Assembly (NCBI RefSeq): GCF_018350175.1
Contig: NC_058368.1
Span: 145,888,001 to 145,952,000, forward strand
Direction: 5' to 3'
DNA from: Felis catus
Lineage: Eukaryota
Length of the DNA: 64,000 bases
Below, piece by piece: positions 36,613 to 48,859 of the stretch. Within the stretch, counting starts at the first letter, position 1, and each line of letters starts with the position of its first letter. Below the pieces are notes generated by a model. The model saw only the letters and a program-made list of their open reading frames with translations, was not told where the DNA came from and ran no database searches. The position numbers were made by a program, and so were the translations under genes.

Positions 36613-39362
36613 ATACAATAATACTTAGCATTCTGTGTATAGAAACTAAGAGGTAAATAAGGAGATTGAGCCAAAATGGAGGGCAGGTCGTAGAAGGACC
36701 CTGAGGATTCTAGTTGCATAACCAACTGAGCCATCCAGGCACCCCCTCCCCACCCCTCCTCAGTGAGGATTTAGTTGAAGTAATGCTATGAGGCCTCTGA
36801 GAGTAGAGAAGGAGACAAATCTGTGAGGAGGGTTATGGTCTAGGAGAAGGGAGAGTAAGAGGCTTTGAAGGCCTCAAATGGAAGAGCTGTTACATGGGAA
36901 TCAGGAGGGTGAGATTGCTAGGGCCTCAGGCTTTGCTCAGGCATTTCTGGATGAAGGAATCCTCAGTGATGAAGAGAGCCTGGGAAGTGCTCATGAGAAT
37001 GGGAAGTTGGGGTGGAGTAGAGGTGAAGATTGTTGGTTTGAGGAAGTAAGAAGCTCTGTGGGTGGGGTTGATGGAGATGCCCCCTGCCCAACATATGATT
37101 GTGGAAGTCATCCAGGATGAAAGAAGGGCTTGGAGTGGAGAAGAGAACTATGACTCTGGGACAGTGTATTCCATAACTGGAGACTTGAGGCTGGGAGCTG
37201 AGTAGATGACAGCCACAAGATGACACAGACTGTAAGAAGGAGAGGTCATTCTATGAAGGTGAAAGGTTAATGGTCTAGTCCCCCATTCTAGCTCTTGCTT
37301 CAAATCAACTTTGACTTCTTTTGATTCTGCTAGTATAGGACACTCTAAATATACCTATCAGAACCAGTCTTATGCTGATATTCTGCCCTTTCCCCCCCAC
37401 CTCCCAACGTTCACCAGGGGTCACTTTCTTTGAAAAGGGTAATAAGTGAAGGTTTTCTAGTACAAGTGTCTCTGAAGAAGACTAATATTCTAAGCTATTG
37501 TCAGCTATGAACTAAGGGTCTGATCAGCTTGTCTACTTGGTTAGACAAACAGGGACCTGAGAGATGAGAAAAATGAATGACATTTGCCAGAGAGGCCCCA
37601 AAAAGGAAAAGACAGGTGCAAAACATCTATTTCTGGCATGCTCCAGTGATGCAATGTGTAAATATGAATTCTGACTATGAAGCATGCTGACAGTGAACCA
37701 TGAGGGTTGTATAGGTGCCCAGGGAAAAGTCAGGGGCACTTGACAAGCCAGTGACAAGTGGTGCCCCAGAGAGCCCTGAGCCATTCACTGCATTGTCTAA
37801 GCCCCAGTTGGTTGCTCAAGGTCTCCTAGTTGCAGGACAAAACAAAGACTTAGTTTCCTCATGAATTTAATATTCATCTTGTTTCTACCCTTTCTCACAC
37901 CTATATCTAACTTTTTAAGTATAGAATTGAAGAGCTGTCTCTGCAGATGAGATAGCACAAATAAAGTGGATTGAGAGGAATTTGTGAGTTCCTCTTTCTT
38001 GTGTGTTTGTTTGGTAAGAGATATGAGGCTCTAGGTCAGTCTCAGTTCTCCACCTGCTGCTTTTTATGCACAGGGATTTCTGACCCTGAGTTCAGGGTCA
38101 ATGGCACTTTGACAGTGCCATTTGCAATAAGCCCAGAACAGCAGTGTGCCAGTCTAGAACTCCACCGGGTCTCTAGTGAACAAACTGCTCTCCTCCATTG
38201 GGCCCTGCTCCCAGACAGAGGTAGGGAGAATCAAAGCCAATGCTAGTGTTGGCAGAGGTGCTGTGGTGAGAGGCAGCTTAATTGTAGTGAATTTTAGAAA
38301 CACACAAAGATACTGAAACACAGAGGCCCATGAAAAAATAGTCTATGCAGAGACAGGAGAGAAAACCTCAGCTCTCCAAATGTTTCATCATTATCCCTAT
38401 TATTTTAGTGGATTATTATAAATCAGGAGTAGGTAAACTAAGAGGTGGCAAAGCAAATATGGAACTTCCGAGTACCTGATTTTATTAGGTGGCAAAATAT
38501 GCTAGCCAGTGAAAAGTGCCTTGGGTGGTTTGAACACTGTAGACACGTACATTCATAGTTTGGTCCAAGTTTTTTCCCAGGTGTGGAGACTGTTAGTTCT
38601 TAGGGGGAGAACTGTAAATACCCAATATTCAAGCACTTCTTGCTCTTTTGACTCTTGGAGATTCATCAGTTGATTTTGACCAGGGTCTCCTTCATCATCT
38701 TAGCTTATAAAACCTTCACATTTTAAAGAGTGCTGTCTTTCCAACAGATGGATCCACATTTCCACAGGTCACTCCATTGCAGACAAAACAGTTCCAGTTT
38801 CAGCTTTCAAGCCAGAAGAGGCCATATTCATTGCTCTTACTGTAAAGGAGTGGGAAAGAGAAATCAAAGGCCAAGCAGAGTTGTGGGGGTGGACTGGCTT
38901 CAGTCTCTTCTTTAAGACTCCTCCTGGTCATACTAGAATTTGCTTGATGTTTGTCCGTTCAGAAGGCTTCAAATTTTGTTCCTATATGCATTCAGTCACA
39001 ATGAAGACATTTTTCTCTTTCATATAATGTGGAACATTAAAAAATAATAGTCTGGTGATGCATTGGGGAGGTTTGCTTTTCCTAGTGTGTGGTTCTTGGC
39101 CCAAAGTGTATGATGGTTGGAAAAAAATCAACACAAGGCTGCTCTGTATAATATTATGTCTCTGGTAGAGAGTGATTGGAGGGTTTTATGGAGCACAGAT
39201 TCTAAAGGCAAAAACCTTTAACAACTCTGAGAGGCTGATGAAACTTTACATTCAAACCTTAGATAAATAAACTAAAATATCTCCAAAGGAGAGCAGTCAC
39301 CAAATGTTCACGTTTGATTTGGATATTGCATTTAAATATTTTCCAAGTTAATATCTCCCCCT

Positions 39363-39364
<2 letters not shown>

Positions 39365-39400
<36 letters not shown>
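39365..39400. repeat. T36 homopolymer
   Basis: direct reading. Confidence 0.97.
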
Positions 39401-39401
<1 letters not shown>

Positions 39402-39989
39402 GTAAGGAACCAATCAAACAGACAAGCACACATGTTGGAAATTCATATATGTTATTTATGTAATATCTTACTATTTGTAATTTATTATGGTCCTTCTAAA
39501 ATTACTTACCACTCTTTAGTTTTTCTGAAAGAGAACTGGGGAAGGCTTTCAAGTAGAGTATGCTAAGGACACTTTGAGCAACCCTGTTCATTAAACTTCT
39601 CTGCCATTTATATTTAATGGTCTTCATTCACCCCATATCTTGGGATTCTTTTCCCTTACACGACATCAGATATATTCAGAAAATTCCATAAATCCCATAA
39701 ATCCCAGCTGTAGAAAGGAAGTCTTAGCATACACATATGGTTTTACACTTACCCTCATGTTTGAAAAAAGGATTGAGGCAGAAGCAACAGATTCCAGGGA
39801 TACTGATGGCCCTTTGTAATGCATCATCTTTGTGTAAAGGCAGGGATGTGGTACAGAGGCTGAAACACTGGATTCTGAGGCCAGATTGGTTCAGTATGTG
39901 ATTATGTTTGACTTCCTAAAGTGCTATCTGTGCACGACAGGGATTTATTTGGAGAAACTTAGTAGTCACCCTGACTGTGTCATCATGCA

Positions 39990-40740
39990 CTAACATCCAT
40001 TCATTTCCAAATACGAATTCATCTAAAATGTTCTTTGAGCCCATGCCCTTTTATCCCCTACATTGCCAGTGCCCCAGTTCAGGTTGTCATTCAGAGCTGA
40101 CTACTTCTAAACTTGCTTGGCTGCTTTGGGTTGCCCTCCCTTTCCAGTTTATTCTCTGACCTGTCACAATAAAATCTAAGTCTCATCATGCACCCTCCCT
40201 GATGAAACATGTCACTGACCTTCCATTGCCTAGTGAGTGAAGAACAGATCCTTACATGGCCCATAAGGCCCCAAGCAATCTGTACTTCTCCCACGTACAG
40301 CCTCATTGTGGGAGACCTGCCTGTCTCCTACCTCCATTTCCAATCCAGTCTTTCCTATCTCAGCCATACCAAACTAGATGTAGTCTCTGATCAGAAACAG
40401 TGCTGCTGTTATCCCTAAGTCTCTGCTCATACAGGGATTTCTGCTCTCTTGCTCATTTTCCCTAAGTGTCCAGGCTCATTGCTTGTATTTCCTTTCTTCT
40501 CTAACTCTTTATTACTGAAGCTCAGCTATGGGGACTGATCCTTTAGGGAGGCTTCTCTGAGCTCCTCCCCAACCACTGTGTCAGGCAGAACCAAATGCCT
40601 GTGTTTTATGCCCCCAACTGCCGCTCTAAATCCCTCACCAGTACTCTTCTCCTTCTTTACATCACCAGTACTTAGCACAGAGTAGGTACTCAAACACAAT
40701 TTGTTTGTTACATGAATAGATAAATGAATGAATGCATGAT
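39990..40740 (+). mobile_element. L2 3' portion
   Basis: pyrimidine-rich body, ending cttagcacagagtaggtactcaaac...catgaatagataaatgaatgaatg. Confidence 0.8.
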
Positions 40741-40839
40741 TGAGAAATTGGTGAATACTTCTGATTTAGCTAAACAGAAGTTAGGAATAGCTTGTCCCTA
40801 TTTAGCCAATTTTATCACATTTGTCCCCCCCCCCCAAAG

Positions 40840-40992
40840 GAAATAAAACATTACATATAAAGTGAAAGTTCTTTATATCTTTTCCTGATGGAGAGGTCTC
40901 TTTAGAGGTAAGAATTATTCTGAATTTGTTATCTCATATATGTGTGTGTGTGTGTGTGTATACATATATATGTGTGTGTGTGTGTGTATGTA

Positions 40993-41031
<39 letters not shown>

Positions 41032-41580
41032 CAGATACATACTAGACATATATCAGTAAATATATTATCTTCAAACCTTATATAAATGGTATTGCATGTA
41101 AGTGTCAGTCTCCAACTGTTTTCTTCAATCACAGCTATGTTGAGGAGATATATAAATATTAATACATGAAATCTCAGTTAATTATTTTAATTGCTATATC
41201 ATGTTCCATTACATAATATACTACATTTTTATACTGATTAGAGTACTGCAAATACTGCTGTATAAACATTCTTCTCCATGTGTCCAGGGTAAATATTTCA
41301 GAAGAGGAGTTGCTAGCTTGAAGTGTATTCATGATGATACACTATATATTGCTGGATTATCCTACTATGTTGTACCAATGTATGCGTCTACCAGCAGTTC
41401 ATGACATTACCCATGGCTGTATATCCTTGCTCACATTTACTGTTATCAGCCTTTAAATAACTTTAATTTGATGAATTTGAAATGCATCTCATTTTGTCTT
41501 AAATATCTCTCACTATTTCTGCTCTTAAGCATCTTGTCATATGTTTATTAATAATTCATATTTTCTCTTCTGTGAATAGA
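40840..41580 (-). mobile_element. L1ME-type fragment
   Basis: ttatataaatggtatt...atgttgtaccaatgtatgcgtctaccagcag...atatccttgctcacattt...tcatatgtttatt..ttctcttctgtgaat. Confidence 0.75.
40937..41031. repeat. Compound (TG)n/(TA)n microsatellite
   Basis: direct reading. Confidence 0.95.
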
Positions 41581-42074
41581 TATCTTAGACAAATGAATTC
41601 TGAAAAGTAAACAGCCCAGTAGGTTAAATACCTGACCCAAACTCGGTACTGCTGTAAGGAGGTATGGAAATTGTTAGGTTACTCCCAGTGTCTGCCATAG
41701 TCATCAGGACCTGTCAGTTTCTGAAGCTCACTTTGTGCTCGTGGCCCCTGTGGGTCTTCCATGATTTGCTAGTTTTCTTGCTCTGGAATTATATAAGAGG
41801 AAGAGATGAAGACCTACTCCTGTCTATAAATCACGATATCTTGAGTTCAAAAAGAAAAAAAGGAAATCTAATAAGAGAGAGAAAATGTTTGGAAGACAAC
41901 AAAAATGACAAACCTATAGTTCTGGGCACAGTGCTAAATTCTTTACCTTCCAGTCTGCCTCCCTCTTTCCTCTACTGCCAGCTCTACCCTACAATCTTAG
42001 TCCTGGGTTCTTGGCTACGCACTGAGAAACAGAAATCTTTCAGGGTTCATAAAAGGTCAGCACAATCTCTGAAC

Positions 42075-42365
42075 CAGCAATGTCCATCAGAAATACAGTT
42101 GGAACCACATATACAATCTTATGTTTTCTAATAAGCACATTTTAAAAAGGAAAAAGTAGAATTAATATAAAATATTTTATCCAAAATATAATCACTTCAA
42201 CATGTAATTAACATAAAATCATTTAGATATTTTACATTGATATTTTAATAATAAGTGTTCAAATATCAGTGTGCATTCACACTTAAAGATCATCTCAATT
42301 TGTACTGGCCTATTTCAAATGCTCAATAGTCACATGGCTAGTGCCCACAATATTAGACAGAGTAG
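42075..42365. mobile_element. MER33-like hAT-Charlie element
   Basis: cagcaatgtccatcagaaatac...catctcaatttgtactggcctatttcaaatgctcaatagtcacatggctagtg..atattagacag. Confidence 0.8.
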
Positions 42366-42814
42366 GTCTAAATCATTTGTAGAGGACTACAAGTTGACCC
42401 AATATAATAAATTCCCATCCTTAACTTCTATTTTCTCCCCTCCCCATAACATATTGATATTCTGTGTTGTGCATTCTGTTATCTTTTCAAATCAAACTGG
42501 AATGAGGAGATTAAAGAATCAGGATTTTTTTGAGACGACTGTGGAGCTGTATTTTTTTTCCTTCTCTCTAACTAAATGGGTTCTAGATTCATTGCCCATC
42601 AGCCATTTTAACAATTCAGAGGTTCCTAATACGGAATGTGGGGTAATCACACTAATTTCAGTTGCCCTCAGAGCATATATGTATTCCAAAATGTCCAAGT
42701 ATTAACACTCACTCAGTGAGAGGCTTAAAAATGATTTATCTACAAAATATATTCATGGTTTCTTGCAAGAATTCTAAAATATGGATTACTTTAAGGGAAC
42801 ATGATTATTATTTA

Positions 42815-42935
42815 GTCTAACTCTGAATGGTTAGGTGGCTTGCCAAAGGAACCACAGCCCAACAGTAGGCAGATATATATGTCCAGAACTTAGGTTTCTG
42901 GACTCCTGGACCAGTGTTTATTCTGTTACTCACCA
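42815..42935 (-). mobile_element. MIR fragment
   Basis: ggttaggtggcttgccaaaggaaccacagc...agaacttaggtttctggactcctggaccagtg. Confidence 0.6.
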
Positions 42936-42999
42936 TAAATTTTGATGATCCACAATCAAACCTCTGAGACCTAAGGAAAAAAAAATTAAAAAAAAAAGG

Positions 43000-43216
43000 G
43001 GGGCGCCTGGGCGGCTCAGTCGGTTGAGTGTCCGACTTCGGCTCAGGTCATGATCTCGCGGTCCGTGGGTTCTAGTGCCGCGTCGGGCTCTGTGCTGACA
43101 GCCCAAAGTCTGGAGCCTGTTTCGGATTCTGTGTCTCCCTTTCTCTGACCCTCCCCCCATTCATGCTCTGTGTCTCTCTGTCTCAAAAATAAATAAACGT
43201 TAAAAAAAAAAATTTT
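43000..43216 (+). mobile_element. SINEC_Fc-like element
   Basis: CpG-rich; 19-bp duplication ctctgagaccta(a/g)ggaaaa at 42962-42980 and 43220-43238. Confidence 0.96.
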
Positions 43217-43712
43217 AAACTCTGAGACCTAGGGAAAAGTGTTCCTCTTACCTTTCTAATTTCCATCAAGGCCCATACAGCATGATTTTCTCTCAGCAAA
43301 TGATTGAATGGCAATGTCACCCAGATTAAATAGAGAGGCCATGGATGGCATAGTATTAAGCAGCTATGCCCAAAGCAGTGTGTATTTTGGAATGGCTGAG
43401 TTAGGTGGGTAGTCAGTCTCTAAGGATTACAAATTGTTGCTTTTCTCAAGATAAATATGCTCTTTTCTCCTGTACTCTACTACAATCTCTTTCTCTCATT
43501 TAGTTACCAGTAAAGAATTTCTATACATAACTTGGTAAGACAAGCAACTGCTCAACCCATGAGCCCCACCCAGTGTCTTGGTCGGAGAGGGATACCCATA
43601 CAGCTACTTACCTTCAATTTTTTGTTTTTGTTACAAGTTGCTTTTCTCTTGAGAGAAGTACCAGACCCCTTATTTGTTTACTTTGTAGCAATGTGTGAAA
43701 AATGCCTTTATT

Positions 43713-43937
43713 GGGGCGCCTGGGCGGCTCAGTCAGTTGAGCATCCGACTTCAGCTCAGGTCATGATCTCGCAGCTCGTGAGTTCGAGCCCCACGTCGGG
43801 CTCTGTGCTGATAGCTCAGAGCCTGGAGCCTGTTTCAGATTCTGTGTCTCCCTCTCTCTCTGTCCCAACCCACTTGCATTCTGTCTCTGTCTCTCTCAAA
43901 AATAAATAAACATTAAAAAAAAATTAAAAAAAAAAAA
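43713..43937 (+). mobile_element. SINEC_Fc-like element
   Basis: perfect 16-bp TSD gaaaaatgcctttatt. Confidence 0.96.
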
Positions 43938-45911
43938 GAAAAATGCCTTTATTATTAGTAGTAGCTTTCTGGGAGTTTTTCTTATCCTGGTTCAACAGTT
44001 GAATGTTAACTTATCTGAAAATTACTTCCATGGTAAGTTCTTTCCTTTACATTAAAAATAATAAGCAATTAAGCACACCTAGAAGCTATTTACTTATTTT
44101 TAACCAAGCTTAGTGGACAAAGAATCTTGAAAAGATGCAAATAATGCTCAGTCTATGCCTGATTTATTCTAAATCATGAAGTGGGGTAAGTGTACTTGAA
44201 GACTTCAGACCTGAGCTGTGAGACAGACATGTATTTCCCATACATACATGAAATGTACAGTCTGAAAGGTATGAAACATTTTTATGGAAATACCTTGGAG
44301 AGTCACTGGGGAGGCTTCTGTGGCATTAGTCTTCTCTGCAGTGTAGCAAATGGAAAAGGAGATCTGGTACATTAAAACATAAAAGAGTCATTAACACTGT
44401 CCTCTAGGCCAGATGTTTTTCAAAGATTTCTATGAAGATTTCTCCCCAAAGAAGATTATCCGGTGATTGACTATTTGGCCAGTTGAATAATTGGAAACAC
44501 CTTTCTTTGTGGGCATGGTTTCCTTTGGATTGGCCCTAGAATCCTAGGATGTTAGAATCTTCCAATTGTTGGTGGTGAGCGGAGGGACACAGAGGTTTTG
44601 TGACTTGAAAAAGGTCTCTCAGTGACAGAGGGCAGAGCTGGGACTAAAATCTAAATATTTTAATAGCAGTCTGTCAAAACCAGGGGACCTGCAGTTTGTT
44701 ACACTTTGTTTTATTAACTCATCAAGAGAGATGCTTTATGATGAAAATGTCAAAGAGAATGTACCAGATACTTCTCACTTAGAATTCCATTAATATAAAT
44801 TCTCACTTAGAATTTAAGTCCTCCCATCTTAGAACATGGATAAGACATTGGAACTACTAATGAGAAACCAGTTTGGTCCCAGTCCAGCCCACTAACCTGA
44901 CGAAAACTAGGTCTGAATGACAGTGAAAGGGTAGTATTTTCTGACTCGTTTCCTATATTGAAAAAAGTGGGGCCTTAGTGCTCTTAAATTTCTCCCAGTT
45001 AGTTCAAGAAGTCCTTTGGGCCTATATGTGGTCATGTGAACAATACCCAGGCCACTAGGTGGAGTCTTCCATTTTCTCCAGCACACACTTGGGTATGCTG
45101 TTCAGGTATCTTATAAGTACTCTTGCTTTCTCACTTTTTGTCCTCTCCCATTTGTCTCTTATAGCGATGTTGAACTCTTTGGACCCCATCTGATTCTCCA
45201 TGATGCAGTGGGTCCTCTAGGACTTCTAATCAACTCCAGATGTAGACCAGACCAGACTAGACAAGACATTGTGAACTTTCCTGCTTTGTATCTTGTGTTG
45301 GGTTGCCTAAATCTTGGTTTAGCGTCTTGCAGAAGTGAAGAAGAATTCTCTACCCTAGCTCATGATACACTATTACATGGCCACAAAGCTGGTCTGCCTC
45401 ATGCTGCCAGTATCATATAATGATCTTAGTGAAATGGCATATTTTCTCGTGATGTTGCTTTCTGTCTTTAAGAGGCATCATTGCACAGAACTTTGGCACA
45501 AAACCTCAGGTGGAGGAAAGAGCTGGAGGCCAGTATACATTCCACCTGTGCTCATACAACTGCCGCTGGTCCCTACTTGCATGAATCACATTTTTCTCTC
45601 CTTAGAATATGTTAGTTCATATGGGGTTCTTAATTTTCTCATGCCAACATTGTCTTTGAGGCCTCACCCACTGTGCTCAGACAGGTGTGGATTTGTATGA
45701 TGCACATGGCTCAAGTCCCTAAATGGAGGTCTTTTTCTTCTACTACAAAAGAATGCATTTAACTTAAATATGGTTCTGATTTCTTCCAGAGTTCAAGACA
45801 CAGAGAGGCTTTTTGTCATGCAGGTAATTTATTTTGGTGAACAGTTATCCACAAAACTTGCAGTCAATAAAGTATTTTTTCATAGTACAACATATAAACC
45901 ATGGAAAAGTG

Positions 45912-46336
45912 TAGTTGGTGTGTTGGTAAATTATTAACAACCACCTGTCTGCAAGGCAAAACCCCTGATTTGTAGCATTTGTTGATTTCCATAGTGTAAA
46001 TACTCCCACCAGTGCTGATTTCAGGTTACCATCATCACATCACAGTAAGTGGAACTGGTGGTTGATGCTCAGTCGCACACCATTCAAGAGTATTTTTACC
46101 ACACAGACACAATAACTATAAACAACCTCAGGGGCACAGATACTAGTAAAGTAACTAGGAAGTGATGAATTTGAGGAGTATTTGTTAGCTTTGCTTTAAA
46201 TACAATGTATTTATTTGTAAGTTTGTTTAATATAAGTATTAATAATGGCTGTATTGAATAAGTGCTCACAAAATTCCGGAAAATTTAACCATCAGTTCTT
46301 ACAAGCCAGCACACCCCGGCTCTAGTAGTCCACTGG
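45912..46336. mobile_element. MER63-like (hAT-Blackjack) element
   Basis: ggtgtgttggtaaattattaacaacc...ccctgatttgtagcatttgttgatttccatagtgtaaatactcccacc...ccggctctag..ccactgg. Confidence 0.8.
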
Positions 46337-46631
46337 GTGTAATATAATGAGGCAAGTCTAAAACTAATCTTCCAGAGCTGCGTAAGTTAGCATTGCAGAT
46401 TGCCATGAGGGTAAGATGAACCTCTATGAAATGAAAACGTCTAGCATAATGCCTGGCACATTGGTGTTCACTGAATTCTGGGTGAATCTAGAAGGATGGT
46501 CCTGAATGGTAGAAGAGACGGGAATTAGTTTGGTGCTCTGAAGCAAGTCAAAGCTTTCATCTTAATAATTCTGAGACTGTGTGCATATTACATCCCACTC
46601 AGGGTGGATCAAATCCTGTAGTTAGGGGAAA

Positions 46632-46635
<4 letters not shown>

Positions 46636-46670
<35 letters not shown>
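46636..46670. repeat. (AG)17 microsatellite
   Basis: direct reading. Confidence 0.97.
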
Positions 46671-46672
<2 letters not shown>

Positions 46673-46894
46673 AAATGACATCATTTCGCTTATGCTCCTC
46701 AAATGGTCCTCATTAAGTTGACTGCACAGACTATAAAGAGGGATTTTAAGAGCCCTGGAAAAGTTGAAGGCAGACAATCCCTTGTTCAGAGGATGAAATG
46801 GGGGTAAACCATAACATATGTACCAAATAATGAAGTCTTTGTTTTATGTAATAATTTATTTTCCTCCCTCCCCTTCCTCTACATGGAAGAGACC

Positions 46895-47480
46895 TAACTC
46901 GAGGTCAATTCTCAGTACCCCTGAAAGCTGAAGAAAGAGCGGGACTGATTTGATGGCTTCTCTGGCAGGAACACGGCTGGAGCCCACTGCACGGTGGCAG
47001 CCTCACCAGTTAAATTATGATGGCTGCTTTGATGAGAGGAGGTTTCATGCTTTATGAGGCCGATAGCATTCAGCGTTTAAACCATTAAATTTGCATCTGG
47101 AAAAGCCCTGGTCAGGAAAAGGTAAAAAGGTCAAATTTTCATAATGGCTTTCAGAGCCAAAATGGTATCTTTCCTCAGGGGCTGACTGGAAAACATTCAG
47201 CTTTTTGTTGTAATAGAGGTCTTGCTTAATTGAAAATCCGTGAGATAAAAAGATCTTTTAACAAGAGTACTAAATTCATTGACAGATATTTTCCTACTAA
47301 CCATTGGGACTAGTGGCTAAACATTGTGTGCTGTTGTGAACCGAATGAATCTCCACATTTAAACTTGTGGAGATCTATTCCCCTGAGTTAAGCAGTATTG
47401 TTGAATTAAGCCGATAATTGCCATATCTCTGGTGAACTTAGTGCAACGCAAAACCAGACCTAAAGTCGGATTTTCCAAAT
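46895..47480. promoter_or_regulatory. Candidate conserved non-coding element / developmental enhancer
   Basis: repeat-free, about 11 CpGs in 570 bp; CTTTGATG, ATTTGCAT, TTTATGA, TGACAG, AGGTAAnnAGGTCA and several TAAT cores; inferred from motifs only. Confidence 0.45.
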
Positions 47481-47683
47481 TGTTTTAGTTGGAACCCCAG
47501 AATTTAATTGGGCTTTCAGAATTTCATTGAACCAACAGCAGCTTATTTTAAGATGAAAAGTGTGCTACCCTAATATTTTTTATTCTGTTTCTCCAAAGTA
47601 CAGTCAGTTCTGCTGTAATGTGACATGTGCATGTCTAAAAACCACACACTATGAAGAATTGTTTTAACAGAAACCATAGGGCC

Positions 47684-48856
47684 TTGACACCAAAGCATGA
47701 GCCTTGAAAGCAAAATTAATGAATTAAACCTCATCAAAGTAAAAACTTTTGATCCTGTTTAGAACATGGAAAAATAAGCTATAGACTGGGTGGTGGGGAA
47801 ATTCTCTGTCCATATAGCTTACAAAGGATTAGTATCTAGAATATGCAAAGAACTCTAAAATCATAACGGTAAAAAAGGAAACAAGTCAATCCAATTAGGA
47901 AATAAGCAAAAAGCATGAGGAGACATTTTACTGAAGGGGGTACACAGATGGTAAAAAAGCACATAAAAAGATATTCAACAACATTAGTCATTAGAAAAAT
48001 GCAAATTAAAATCACAATAAGTTATCACCACATACCTGTGAGAATGGCTAAAATAAAAAATAATGACAATATCAAATGCCAGTGAGGATGTGGAGAAATG
48101 GGCTCATTCATACAGTGCTGGTGGGAATGTAAAATAGTACAGCCAGTCTGACAATTTCTTAAACTAAGCATGCAGCTTCCAAAATGTCCAGAATTTGCAC
48201 TCCTGGGAATTTATGCCAGAGAAACCAAAACTTATGTTCACACAAATACTTATACATGGGTGTCATGGCAGTTTTATTTGTCATAGCCCCAAACTGGGAA
48301 CAACCTAGACGCTCTTCAACCCTGAATAGATGAACTGTGGTATACCATACCACAGAATGCTCTCAGCAATAAGAAGTAACAAACTATTGATACATGCAAT
48401 AGCTCTAATGGCTCTCCAGGCAATTATGCTGAGTGAAAATGCCAATCCCTAGAAGGTTACACACCATAGATTCCATTTATATAAAATCCTTGAAGTGTCG
48501 AAACTGTAGAAATGAAAAACAGATTAGTAGTTGCCAGGGGTTAAAGATGGAGAAGAGGAACCAAGAGGCAAATGGGAATAGCTTAAAAACAATAACAGGA
48601 AGGATCCCGGTGGTGTTAGAATCATTCTATATCTTGAGTATCTCAATGACAATATCTTAGCTGTGATATTGTACTATAGTTTTACAAGGTGTTATGGGCT
48701 AGGGGGATGTTTGGGCAAAGTATACATTGGATAAGTCAGTATTATTTCTTACAACAGCATGTTGTAAGAATCTACAATTATCTCAAAACAAAAAAGTTTA
48801 ATTTACAAAATACCTACAATTATCTCAAAACAAAAAAAGTTTAATTTACAAAATAC
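47684..48856 (+). mobile_element. L1MC1-like 5'-truncated L1 nested in Tigger13a
   Basis: ORF2 C-terminal remnant (gcaaattaaaatcacaat; gaggatgtggagaaa) plus 3' UTR ending gaatctacaattatctcaaaa; flanks aaaccataggg / aatacctataggg. Confidence 0.9.
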
Positions 48857-48859
48857 CTA
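48772..48859. repeat. 42/43-bp tandem duplication
   Basis: ctacaattatctcaaaacaaaaaa(a)gtttaatttacaaaatac twice, differing by one A. Confidence 0.95.

Larger units (their letters stand above)
35570..37270 (-). mobile_element. Fragmented L2 body
   Basis: aagttcagtgtttaacatactgagtttgag; tgttatcaaatgctgca; gctctttcagtggta..tgtggac; gtggaagtcatccaggatga. Confidence 0.6.

Noticed and set aside
41664..42705. Two of the longest ORFs (155 aa and 144 aa)
   Set aside because: Overlap MER33 and low-complexity sequence, no recognisable domain, composition typical of non-coding DNA.
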